Assembly: GCF_006345805.1 (NCBI RefSeq)
Contig: NW_021834239.1
Location: forward strand, 6,693 to 70,692
DNA: 64,000 nucleotides
Direction of reading: 5' to 3'
Origin: Octopus sinensis
Taxonomy: Eukaryota
The notes under the pieces are model-generated. The model saw only the letters and a list, made by a program, of their open reading frames with translations. It did not search any database and was not told the origin of the DNA. A program made the translations under genes and the position numbers. Below, piece after piece: positions 37,300-49,546 of the stretch (position 1 is the stretch's first letter; every line of letters starts with the position of its first letter).

Positions 37300-37550
37300 T
37301 CTCAATATGGCTAACCACTAAGGGTGGGTGTTACTGTAGCTTTTAGCCCTCGGGGATCATCGTCTCCAGCTGGCTTTAGGCACACTAGCTGTGCCCTTAT
37401 GGTATTTGCAAAGGGAGGTCATCCCTCTCTCTCTCCCTTTGGTTAACCCGAGGACATAGTGCAAGACGCTTCCTCAACGTGCCACGTAGTTGGACGGAAC
37501 CCGGAGTCATGTGTTTAGGAAGCAAGCTTCTTACCTCACAGCCACAGTTA
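37300..37550 (-). mobile_element. Degenerate SINE, family E-like head with different tail
   Basis: Reverse complement begins GTGGCTGTGAGGTAAGAAGCTTGCTTCC...GGTTCCGTCCAACTACGTGGCACG. Confidence 0.65.
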
Positions 37551-38132
37551 TACATACACATCAGCGCGTGGGTGTTTGTGTGCGTGCGTGCCAGTATGCG
37601 TGATATTCTAAACAATTTCCTTATAGCCAAACTTCTTTGTGAGAGAGTGGCTGATCCAGCGCTTATCCCTCGCTATTCTTCGGGGCAATGCCTTTTCTAT
37701 TTTCTCTGCTGGCGCCAAAAGAAATGATTCTACATTATTTCTAAAAAAGATTCACTGTTTATCATTTTCTCTTTTAATTGGTTATTGAAATGACTTCAGC
37801 GCTATTCGAACAGATCTATAACACTGAAGAAATTTTTTTGAATATATTGGTATATCTAAAGCTAGTAAATTTCCCTATAATACAGCATATGAATATATTG
37901 TTGCGCTGCGAACTTCTGCATCAACCTATTATACAATAATATTAACTAATAGCCTCTTTATTTCGAATGCACACAATACACACAGAGAGAATGTATTTGA
38001 GCATTGAAAATCATAGTAAAACCCTATAGACAAAATAATTCATCATATCAATGGAAGAAAAGATAAAAAGCAAGTGAACAAAAAACAAACAAGAAAATGT
38101 TTATTTTAGTTTAAAACAACCACTCACACAAT

Positions 38133-38213
<81 letters not shown>

Positions 38214-38327
38214 TGTGTGTATGTGTGTGTGTGTGCGTGTGTAAGTGTGTGTGTGTATGTATGTATATGTATGTATCTATATATACAGAGTTATGCATAT
38301 ATATGTATGTATATATATGTATATATT

Positions 38328-38422
<95 letters not shown>

Positions 38423-38625
38423 TGACGCGTTTTAACGATATTTTTTTCCTGCACAAGCCGGCGGGGTAAAAGATAGGTTTTCTAGATATGTTTTTGTTAG
38501 GATTTCTCTTTTACTACATTTAGTTTTTTATTGCATTCCCATAACACGAAAAACAAATTATTCCTTCCTTATATAATAATTCAAATTTGTTGTAGTCGAT
38601 TTAACTTGCAACGTTTTTTTTTCCT

Positions 38626-38656
<31 letters not shown>

Positions 38657-39370
38657 TATCTCCTTTATATTTTGCTTTTTGCTTCTTAGTTATTTAAACC
38701 GATTTCAGAACAAAAAAACTACGTTCTCCTCTCCTTCCTTTCTCGTATATTATTTTAAAATTACATTTAGCAAATCTATTTGGAGACAATATTCTTCTTA
38801 TCGACTTACTGTTATGTAATTTACCTACAGTCAACTAAGCAGATGTATGGAGGTTAAAGTGAAATATATATGGAAATAGGATAAAAGTGATTAGCTTTGA
38901 ATTATAACTGTGTATTGACAACAGAAGCAATGGCTCGTATGTCACTGCTAGGGAACTGTGTGGTTTTTTTATGAGAATCATGTAACATATTAGAATGATA
39001 AATAGGAAAATTCCCGTTTAAATCAAGATTAGAGTAAGTTATTTTATCAAATAGGAATATTGATGGTTGCATTTCGCGCTTAAACACACGCAAGTTTAAA
39101 TACAAATATATACTAAAGTGGTTTATAGGTGTGTGACGTTTATCTCTCTGTATGTATGTATGAGTGTGTGTGTGTGTGAGTCTGTATGCGTACATGTATG
39201 CATGTAGATACATATGTATGTGTACATTTAATGCTAAGAGTGTTTAGCGTGATTTTCCCTGTATCGAAGCTCAATCAGGTTTGAGTTGAATCAACTCAAA
39301 CGTGCACGAAACAGATTTAGATCTATTCATTTTCTCCAGATATATACACACGTATCAATGTATATATGTA

Positions 39371-39712
39371 CAGGGTGGGGCAAAATGATTTGACATATGT
39401 GCAGGTTTAATAAAAGGGAAATAAAGAACGAAAAATGTATTTTTATTTTCGAAATGTTCATTTAATGCTAATTTGCTTTATGTGGTTTTAAAACTTAAAT
39501 CTGTCGAGTGTGTGATGTTACTGTCCACACACTGTCGAAGGTGTTCACGAAAGTTGCCCATAACTCGACAGGTCATTTTACGTGGAATGGCAGCAATTTC
39601 TTGACGAATGGCATCTTTTAACTGTTCAATAGATCGATGGCGATGAGTGTATACCTCTGATTTCATGTATTTCCAAATAAAATAATCGCACGGGTTCAAA
39701 TCAGGTGACCGT
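39371..39712 (-). mobile_element. Tc1/mariner 3' remnant (transposase C-terminus plus TIR)
   Basis: RSPDLNPCDYFIWKYMKSEVY...LKDAIRQEIAAIP; TIR TA|CAGGGTGGGGCAAAATGATTTGACA, related to 60971-61525. Confidence 0.88.
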
Positions 39713-39714
39713 TA

Positions 39715-40085
39715 TTCCATCATCGTTATCACCATCATCATCGTCTTCGTCATTATCATGAACACCATCACCATCGCCGATGTCGTTATATTCATTATGG
39801 TCATTGTCGTCATTAACATCAACATCATTATCAACATAATCATCATCATCATCATCGTCGTCGTCGTCATCATCATCATCACCAACGTTACCATCATCAT
39901 CAACTTCAATGTTGTCATCATCACATCATCTTTATCATCAAAAAGTTATCATCATCATCATTACCATCATCATTATCATCATCACCATTATCATCATCTT
40001 CTCCCTCCTACACCTCCCCCCTCCTCCTCATCATCATCATCATTATCATCATCATCATTATTATCACCATCATTATCATCATAAT
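39715..40085. repeat. (ATC)n-rich low-complexity array
   Basis: Direct reading. Confidence 0.9.
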
Positions 40086-40525
40086 CAACATACACTATTG
40101 TTCTTATCACAATATCCATCCTTCCGCAACATTCTATCCTCTCGTTCTATTTTTAATTTCACTCGCATTCTTCAATTCCTTTTCCTTTACAAAAAACAGA
40201 ATAATATTAACCCAAAAGATATGTATACAGCCCAGACTTCCTTCTCAACGTTGACCGAGACCAACAAATTGAATATTTCTGATAAGAACAGCAAACGATT
40301 GCCTCAAGTTAAATCCACTTCAGAGAAAATTCATTTCACAAACTCAACAACACCAACTTATTCGCGCTTCATTATACGCGTGCATTTCCATTTTCTCTTA
40401 TTTGTATACGCTCCTTGTGATATTCGGTGTGTTGCTTAGGATTCTCATGTTTCCCTGTAAATAAATATATATATATGTGTGTGTGTGTGTCTGTGTATGA
40501 ATATGTATGTATGTCGGTAGGTATA

Positions 40526-40570
<45 letters not shown>

Positions 40571-40757
40571 GCATATACGAATTGAACAGCTATGAAACGA
40601 TCATAGTGTTATACTAATTATCTTTTTTTAATAATTTTGATATATATTTAAAATAATATAAATTAATTAATCTTATGTATTGACTGACGTTTTTCATCGT
40701 ATGATTTGCCTAATAGTGGTTTTATCTCTAATTTAATATTATATATATATATATATA

Positions 40758-40835
<78 letters not shown>

Positions 40836-41075
40836 ATACCATGCACACCTATTGATTATGAAGATTTACAAGTCTTTGGTGTAGCAATTGAACTATCTGT
40901 TATGCCGATTATGCATTGATGTAAGAATAAGTTTTCCTATGAAGCTCGAAACATATGTACCGTGACATCCTTTGTGTCCTGTTTTTCATTTTATTTCATT
41001 TGATACATATATCCTCTCACCTATGCTACTAGCTGGCATATACAGGTGCTTACGTTTATCAAGTATTCACCCTGA

Positions 41076-41118
<43 letters not shown>

Positions 41119-41922
41119 CATAATTTGGCTCTATCATTCCCAGCGACAGATTGGAAATCGTGTTTGAATGTGGGTGAAGAAGACTGTTTCTTCTCACTCT
41201 CTTACTTTATGAGAGTGTGTGTATATGTGTATGAGTGTGTGTATACGTACACAAGGGATGACAACAACTCACATTCAAAGAGAGACACAGTCACACTATC
41301 AGACATCTACGCATTCATTCCAAGTAACACAGACACACACACACATACACACACACACACACACATACACTATTCACGGCCACACACACTTAAACGAAGT
41401 GAATGTTCTTTAGACAAATATCCGTTTAAGAAGTCACTAACTACTTTAATTGTTTCTTAAGTACATTTATATTTGTCTAAAAGCGTATGCATTATAATTA
41501 TATCGATTACCGGAAATATGGATACATCTAATGCCAAGAGTGGTATCGATTACATTGACCCCCGCCAAAATTAAATTTGAACCAGTTTTCATTTTGACGA
41601 GAAATTAAAATGTAAATTTTATAATTGGTCGTTCAAAAGATTCTCCTTCGAACTTAAATCCCAAAGTTGCCATATGATGAGGTTTAATCACAATCTCACA
41701 GACACACAGACATGCGCACCATACACTTATACATAGGCACATGTGCACGCACATAAACACACTACACTTTCACACACACAAACAAACACACATATACGCA
41801 CATACACATGTGGCGACATATCGAAGAAGATAATTGCGCTTAAAAGATTGTGAGAAAATTAAAAAGCACTCTAGCAAGAATCTGACATCTGGGACGTGTT
41901 TATATCCATACATACATACATA

Positions 41923-42121
41923 CATACACACATATATATGCAAATATATACACACGCACACGGGCTCACACATAGACACAGAAATATATGTGTATGTATA
42001 TATATATATATGTGTATGTCTATATATATATATATATATATATATACATACACATATATTTCTGTGTCTATGTGTGAGCCCGTGTGCTTGTGTGTATATT
42101 TGCATATATATGTGTGTATGT
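41923..42121. repeat. Inverted repeat (~80-bp arms) centred on (TA)n
   Basis: ATATATGCAAATATATACACACGCACACGGGCTCACACATAGACACAGAAATATATGTGTATG vs its reverse complement at 42046-42121, about 2 mismatches. Confidence 0.88.
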
Positions 42122-42794
42122 AGTTGAGTACACATTACTGGTAGATGGAGCGAATATGAGATAAAGGGAGAAAGAAAGTGAGCGAGAGAGAGAGCGAGAG
42201 AGAGAGAGAGAGAGACAGGCAGACAGAGAAAGAGAGAATTGAAGACAGAGACCGAATAACTGACAAAACAAACTGATAGCTGTGCACCGAAGAGAAGGTC
42301 GTGAGAAAATTAACAGATACTGAAAAATGAATGTGACATCTGGAACATGCATACGACTCACCCTCTCTTTCTGACAGCCTTTCCGTCTGTCCCCTTCTTC
42401 GGCTTTCTCCAAACAATTCGTGCGCTTGTATGTGTGTGTGTGCGTGTGTGGTTGAGTATAGGAAAGTGTTTACTCCGGCGTGTATGTATGTGCGTGTGTG
42501 TACACGTGTATGTACGCATGTTTGTATATATGTGAGTATATGTGTGTGCATGTATGTATATTTATATATAGGAGGAATTACAACCGTGTTTCGTGGTCTG
42601 CTACCACAACAGCTCCTTTATAGGATCCAGTTAGCTCAAGAGATCATCAGGAGGAACCACGTCCGGTTTCGGCCCCTACTCCTCTACCGTTTCAGCTCTG
42701 GTGTTGGGTGCATGTCTTCTTTCTTCTGTTCCCTGGACTCTTCGATGTATTGTCAGCGAGTGTCAGCCGGTGACAGACTGTCTTATATACATTA

Positions 42795-43083
42795 TTGTTG
42801 TTTATTCCTTCTGGAAGAATGCCTGGCTCATAAGGGCCGTTTTCCTGGTTCCGCTGGCTTAAAGGTTCCCCACGTGGACGGGACACCAGTCCGTCGTAAG
42901 TGAACTGCAAGATGCAGGAGGAAAGAGTGGGAGAAAGTTGTGGCGAAAAAGTCAGCAGAAGTTCGCCATTACCTTCTGCCGGAGTCGCGTGGAGCTTAGG
43001 TGTTTCGCTCATAAACACACACATAGCCCGGTCTGAGATTCGAACCCGCGACCCCTCGACAGTGAGTCCGCTGCTCTAACCAC
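42795..43083 (-). mobile_element. SINE family C
   Basis: Reverse complement of the 18681-18990 element. Confidence 0.88.
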
Positions 43084-43131
43084 ATTATACATACATAGAT
43101 ACATACATACATACATACATATATATATATG

Positions 43132-43212
<81 letters not shown>

Positions 43213-43267
43213 ATTATTGGTGAATTGAAGAAATGGAGCTGAACGCAGATTGAACAGAAATCGTTTT

Positions 43268-43357
43268 ATTTCATTCTACACGTGTTTCGAAAGGCACAAA
43301 TTACCACAATCCGATTGAATAATGGGACCATATTGTGTCTTTCTCTTCAGGAAGAAA
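43268..43357 (-). ncRNA. Type I hammerhead ribozyme motif
   Basis: TTCTTC-CTGAAGA-GAAAGACACAA...TTGTGCCTTTC-GAAAC-ACGT-GTA-GAA(T)GAA; canonical core, 10/11-bp stem II, palindromic ACACGTGT stem III. Confidence 0.8.
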
Positions 43358-43959
43358 AAGGAAATCCGTTGAAAAACAAAAACAGAACAGAGGCGGAGCA
43401 AAACCAAATCGAACTGTGCTCCTAAGAGCCCATGGCGAAACTGTTATCAGTGTATGTTGAGACCGGTGGCTGAAGAATTCAACGGGTCAGGCATCGGTCA
43501 ATCATGGTGGGTGAGGGTGTATAGATGTTCTTTGTGACCGAGAATAAAGTTCTGACTATTTAAAGAATATTGGATGTTTTATAAGGGGCGAGAAAAAAAT
43601 CTACTTAGAGACGTGTGTGTGAGTATACTGTTCTATATATGTGTGTGTTGGCGTAGGGGTAGAAAACATTTTTTTGTGTACGTGTGTGCGTTTGATCGTT
43701 CGGCTGTCAGTGGCTACTGCCGTGATAACCGTTGGGTGGCAGAAAGAAAAAAATAAAAAAAATTATATATAATATTTGTTTTATGTGTGTGTGTGTTCAT
43801 CTAAGCCTGCCTTGACAAGGAAACCCCCCGCTGTGAAAAAACCAAGCCCCGTTTGTCTTACAGGAGTAATTCCCCTTACAGTGGTTAATCGTAGATATCT
43901 TAAAGGCTATTTCAGAATTTGTTACCAAGGGCTATGGGTGCCGGTATTATTTATAAACG

Positions 43960-44960
43960 CTATTTAAAGGCCAGATAAGTGTAACGTCGCCAATGGGGGC
44001 ATCGAAAAGCCGACTGTAAGAGCCCGTTTACCATCCGGCCTCTGGCAAACAAAATATGGAAGAGTTCGGAGACACAAAGGTTGCACTGTCTTCTGCCCCT
44101 ATCAAATGGGAGGGCCACCGACAAAATTGACCATTCCAGCCTATAGCTTAAGTTCGCATCCTTCAGTCGCCATATTAGCTTACTGAGTCCCGTGGTCTGG
44201 CGCTTGTTCACGTCCCGAAAAGTTGCGTAATGGTTGGAGACACGCAAAGACAATCTTGAGGATGATGCCCTACATAAGTGAAGGCATCTGAGTCCGTGTA
44301 AACCTTGCATTGGTAGACGGCGTTTTTGATCTTGGAGTTCGCCGACGTGAATCTTAATCTGCTAGGATTGGTTTCTGAAATTAGAACTGCGTTCCTGTCA
44401 CTATATTCGTTCCGAGACCTGCAGCCGCTTACTACTCTATTTTCCACTACGTCACTATTAACTATAGGAATACCCCTGATTCTCCACTATCTATCAGAGT
44501 GCTGTCATTGCTACTGCCCGTGGTACTGCTATTGCGGGAAATGATGCTGGGGATGCTAATGGGGCTCTACCCTACTCCCATTGTTACCGTCAACCACAAC
44601 ACCCCTATTTATAACTATACCCCTAGTGGGTACTCCCTGGCTGGAGCTGAGATTATGTGTCACTGTACTGGCTCTCATATCATTATTACTACTATAATTA
44701 TTCCTACTGAGCATTAAACCGGGAGCGGAAGAGGCTGTGCCTCCGGAAAGAGGTGATAGGGTCTTAGTAAGTAGCCTATTATTATGGGAGGCGATTATCT
44801 GGGCGAGGTTTTTAATGTTGGAGAAAGCTATCCTAACTTTATGTGAGTTAACCGTGGAGTAATATTTGGAATTTCTGGGGAAGTTATTGGCGATGGCTTG
44901 TCTAAACATGAGGGGGAGGTTAGTTCTAATCTGTCCTGGTAAAATTTTTGTAGCAATTCA
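43960..44960 (-). pseudogene. Penelope-like RT-thumb/linker and GIY-YIG endonuclease remnant
   Basis: NNFPRNSKYYSTVNSHKVRIAFSNIKNLAQIIASHNNRLL; NAVYQCKVYT...TYVG; NHYATFR...TTGLSKLIWRLKD...WSIL...CNLCVSE...CPH. Confidence 0.88.
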
Positions 44961-45015
44961 GGCATTTGTCATGATGTTGGGCAGAGGAGAAAATAATCTC
45001 CTTGATTTACTAAAT

Positions 45016-45061
<46 letters not shown>

Positions 45062-46179
45062 CAGACAGACAGCAGACAAGTAAATAAAAAGTAAAGAAAG
45101 TAGCAAAACCCTTGGCATATATTGTGACCACCGTAATTAAAGATGGGCGACAGTCTTCTAAATCGAGAATTTTGTGAGATAAGAATAGCATTCAACAAAA
45201 GAGAGCAGAAAGAGAGCAAAGGGAAAGCGTAAGATATGTTATATTAACAAAACGTTTAGCAGTTTTAGCAGGCTGGACAAAGTGCTTAGCTGTGTTTCGT
45301 CCGTCTTAATGTTCTGAGTTCAAATACCACCGTATACGAATTCACCTTTCATCATCACGGGGTCGGTGAAATCAGAAGCAGTTCATTAGCGCAGGTGATG
45401 TGATTGACTTCACCCCTCCCTTGAAACTGGCAATTTTTGAAAGTTATATTTCAGAAAAAAATAAAGGAAAACGTGAATGGCTTTAACTAATTTGCATAAA
45501 TTATTCAAAAGATGAACAAAGGGAAGTAAGTCAGAGTAGCTGGTGGCTTGGTATTATACAACAGACGAATAAAGTTATATTGAGTAATAAAGTTGTATTG
45601 AGTAATCTGTGACATATGATATTCATTTAATCAACGGATTTTCGCTTGGAGAGAAGGTAAACAAATGCCTGCTAGCAAGTGCGACCGATGATCTATAAGT
45701 AAAAATAACAAGAAGTATCAAGGATTGTCTGGGATTCATGTGGCATTAAAGAAAACAGACCGTTTCCCTTATTCTGGAGACGATCTGGCGCTGTTGACAC
45801 ACGCTCTTGTTTCATAGACCTCATTATATGCATAAAACAAAATTCCTTACACGTGGTTCCCACTATTGAAAAGACTGCCTCCACGCGCTGCTATTACACT
45901 TTCGTCCTTGCCAGCAAAAGGCTTCTTCGTTCGTCCCCTTGTGTGGTTGATTTCCTGTATAGTATTCTTGTTATTTTCTCGTTTTGTAACTAATTGTACT
46001 TTTTGTACATGTATTTTTATTTTTGCAGTTTTATTGTTTGTCTATGCCAGAAAAAAGGCTTTTTCGTTCGTCCTCTTGTGTTTGTTTTTGTACATGTATT
46101 TTAATTTTGCAGTCTTATTGTTACGTCTTGTTTGTGTTCGTACTCATTGTGCCCCGCTGCTTGAAATTTTATTTTAATT

Positions 46180-46464
46180 CTCTCGCAGGAAGGCCTATTG
46201 GATTAGTGTTCTGTTATGCCTTCGAAACATGCCTGACTCCTCTAGCGACAGCTGATGACGGGGGTTTTGTCCTTGTGTAGCTCGTCCTGTATTTGTTTTT
46301 CGTTTTCCGTTTTCTTGTTTTTTGTTTTTTGGCTTTTTCCGTTTCTACGTCTTATTGTGATGTCCTGTACTTCCGTATAATTATTTATATATGCATGTAT
46401 ATATACATGTAGATGTAGGTACGTACATATATGTTTGTATGTATGCATATATTTTTATTTATCT

Positions 46465-46465
<1 letters not shown>
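46180..46465 (+). repeat. Dispersed repeat, copy 2 (possibly a Penelope-like terminal region)
   Basis: Homologous to 22010-22285; preceded by an internal direct repeat (TTCGTTCGTCC...TTTTGTACATGTATTTT...GCAGT) at ~45925-46035 and ~46063-46122. Confidence 0.7.
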
Positions 46466-46516
<51 letters not shown>

Positions 46517-47958
46517 GTGTGTGTGTGTGTGTCAGTATAAATATGTATATACACATATATATGTTTATGCATGTGTGTATATAATATATATATATATATA
46601 TATGTAATAAATTAGAGATAAAACCGCTATTATGCAACTCAAACAGTGATAGACATAAACCAACACATAAATAGAAAATATATATTTTTATAAAACATAT
46701 AACTAGATCTCAAAATGTATAAAAATGAATGACCAATATATATTAATAATTATAAATAATTTGATTTAATACTAAATTGAATTATTCCCTTTAAGTTTGG
46801 AATTATATTATTATTATATATATACGTGTGTGTGTGTGTGTATGCATGAATATATGTATATGCATGTATATATATATATATGCGCTTGTGTATATCTCTG
46901 TATGTGTGTCTATTTATATCTCTGATTCTCTGTGTATTTATGTATTATCACCAAAGCGACGAGCGACACGCCGAGGGAACCGATGCTATTTACAAAGCCG
47001 TACATACGCATGCCATTCACCGATCGGCTCTCCTTTGACAGTCTTCGCCAAAGAATCATATTTTGTTTACAATACCATTAAGTTCCTCGCGTTTAGCATT
47101 GATTGTTTTCCATTGTTCCCAATCCCACATGAACACCTCATCTACAGCACAACATGTGATCCTCGTGGCTTATTGCACATTAATGATGCCGTAATGGGAT
47201 TGTTGATCCTTTCGGATAAAACTTCCGTGGTGTCTAGGAATTAATATGAGATCTTCAAAGACCGTTGTAATTAATTTCAGTTTCATTGAAAACATTAAAT
47301 ATGAGCGGGAATGTATTGAACCGCATGTTACTGGGTTCAGTTCCACGGCATGGCACTTTGGGCAAGTGTCTTCTATTATAACTTCGCATCCACCAAAGCG
47401 CCTTCTGAGTGGATTTGGTAGACAAAAAGTGAAAGAGGCCCGTCCTATACATATTTATATATACAAAAGACAGGTTGTGTGTGTGTGTGTGTTAATCCGC
47501 GTAACTTCTGAAGTTCACAACTGAATTTTTCTCCAAACCGGGAAAATATATTATTTATGTTCCAGAGATGGATTTAGACTCTTAAAATATTTCACATAAT
47601 GAGAAGCAAGCTCTCCGAGAGCATAAGATATCATTCGCTGGGTTACGTTGTGAAGGTAACTCTTAGCGAAGTAACTTTCAGAAATTTTTTTTAGACATAG
47701 ATACTAACTTAGATTTTTTATTTACATCTAATTATCAACATAAAAATGCCATTTTAGTTCATTGTATCTATTTCTTAAAATTTGCTAAGATATTGGTATC
47801 ATTTAAATTTATCTATAGACACTTCATTATTAACGCACAATTGTAATGTTTTATTATTTCTTACTTCTTGATATAATGTCTCCAAAGAGAAGATCCTCCA
47901 TTGGTCAAAAAATTATCACAATATCAATATTTTTACAAATATATGTATATATATATAT

Positions 47959-48054
<96 letters not shown>

Positions 48055-48181
48055 TTCAGTAAAAATTTAGATTCGAATGAATATGGTACTTAATTTAGAT
48101 GCACCAGAATTTTGTATGGTGTTATCCATAAAAATTTGCGGGGTGATTATAATCAAAGTAAGCAACAAGAATGACTCCGGT

Positions 48182-48273
48182 AATTTGGTACAATTGTTTC
48201 GCACAACATCATTTTATTAAAAGTTGAATATATTACAACAGATTTAAGATGCTGAGTGCTCATCAGCCAATTA
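48182..48273 (-). ncRNA. Type I hammerhead ribozyme motif (left arm)
   Basis: TTGG-CTGATGA-GCAC...GTGC-GAAAC-AATT-GTA-CCAA; canonical core, G10.1-C11.1 pair, palindromic ACAATTGT. Confidence 0.8.
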
Positions 48274-48512
48274 AATAAGTTTTCCATTTATATAAAAGTT
48301 TTCAAATCAAGTAGCAACATTATAGAGAAGGTAGATATACAGACAAAGATGTGGATTTAAATTTTAAGAACATATAGCTTGGTCAGTCAGTGGCTGGACT
48401 TCACTACCTCATATGTTCTTAAAATTTAAATCCACATCTTTGTCTGTATATCTACCTTCTCCATAATGTTGCTACTTGATTTGAAAACTTTTATATTAAT
48501 GGAAAACTTATT

Positions 48513-48604
48513 TAATTGGCTGATGAGCACTCAGCATCTTAAATCTGTTGTAATACTTTCAACTTTTAATAAAATGATGTTGTGCGAAACAATAGTACCA
48601 AATT
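48513..48604 (+). ncRNA. Type I hammerhead ribozyme motif (right arm)
   Basis: TTGG-CTGATGA(48520-48526)-GCAC...GTGC-GAAAC(48586-48590)-AATA-GTA-CCAA; predicted cleavage after 48597. Confidence 0.78.
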
Positions 48605-48630
48605 ACCGGAGTCATCTGTTGCTTATTTGG

Positions 48631-48691
<61 letters not shown>

Positions 48692-48736
48692 TATATAGAT
48701 AGATAGATAGATAGATAGAGAGATAGATAGATAGAT

Positions 48737-48775
<39 letters not shown>

Positions 48776-48812
48776 CATGCATACATCCATACATGCATAC
48801 AAACAAACTTAC

Positions 48813-48843
<31 letters not shown>

Positions 48844-48908
48844 CATACAACATACATACATACATACATACATGCATGCATACATATTTATATATATACA
48901 CACGAGAG

Positions 48909-48944
<36 letters not shown>

Positions 48945-49328
48945 GTGAGTTCGGTGTATGTCCTTGAGTCTGGAATTGTACTCCATCCCTGTATGACAAT
49001 TGGTGTTGGGGTGTCAAAGTCCATGCCACTTTTATTTGCGCGTCTCATGCCCTGTACTAGGCTTCGAAGGTACAGATACTGGAGGTCGATTAATCCTGCT
49101 AAAAGTTCGTCTAGGCGGTGCCTCAGCAATGGCCACAGTCTAATGACTGAAACAAATAAAACATAAGATATATTGTGACTTTAAAACTGTATGTATCAAT
49201 GATAAAACTGCTAATCTCAACCTGGAAATCACTAAGTAAAATTATATTGACAGTCATAGGAAAAACAAACCGGCGTTACTAAACCAAACTTCACGTAAAA
49301 TTACTCTTCTCCCTACAAATTTGTATCG

Positions 49329-49546
49329 GTTTCTTTATTACCCACAATATGGCTAAACATAGAAGGGACAAACAAGGAAAGACAAACGGATTGAATCGAT
49401 TACATTGACCCCAGTGCGTAACTGGTACTTAATTTATCGACTCCGAAAGGATGAATGACAAAGTCGACCTCGGCGGGATTTAAACTCAGAACCTAACGGC
49501 AGACGCATTTCGACCGGCGTGCTAACGGTTCTGCCAGCTCGCCACC
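49329..49546 (-). mobile_element. SINE family A
   Basis: Reverse complement of the 6442 element. Confidence 0.88.

Larger units (their letters stand above)
43215..44970 (-). mobile_element. 5'-truncated Penelope-like element (GIY-YIG end, 3' UTR, hammerhead)
   Basis: Coding remnant 43960-44960 followed on the same strand by a non-coding region containing a hammerhead motif; 3' boundary approximate. Confidence 0.75.
48159..48625. repeat. Near-perfect palindrome, ~216-bp arms, 35-nt loop
   Basis: 48159-48375 is the reverse complement of 48411-48625; about 7 differences counted. Confidence 0.95.

Noticed and set aside
39279-39301. Perfect 11-1-11 hairpin GTTTGAGTTGA-A-TCAACTCAAAC
   Set aside because: No nearby CTRR end or other Helitron feature; too little context to assign a function.
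40912-40964. GAAAC-ATAT-GTA hammerhead half (similar half-motif at 58665-58712, minus)
   Set aside because: The CTGANGA core and stem I are too degenerate; at most fossil copies.
46180-46262. GAAAC followed by CTGATGA (also 22060-22105), considered as a type II hammerhead
   Set aside because: No valid NUH and stems I/II do not pair convincingly in either copy.
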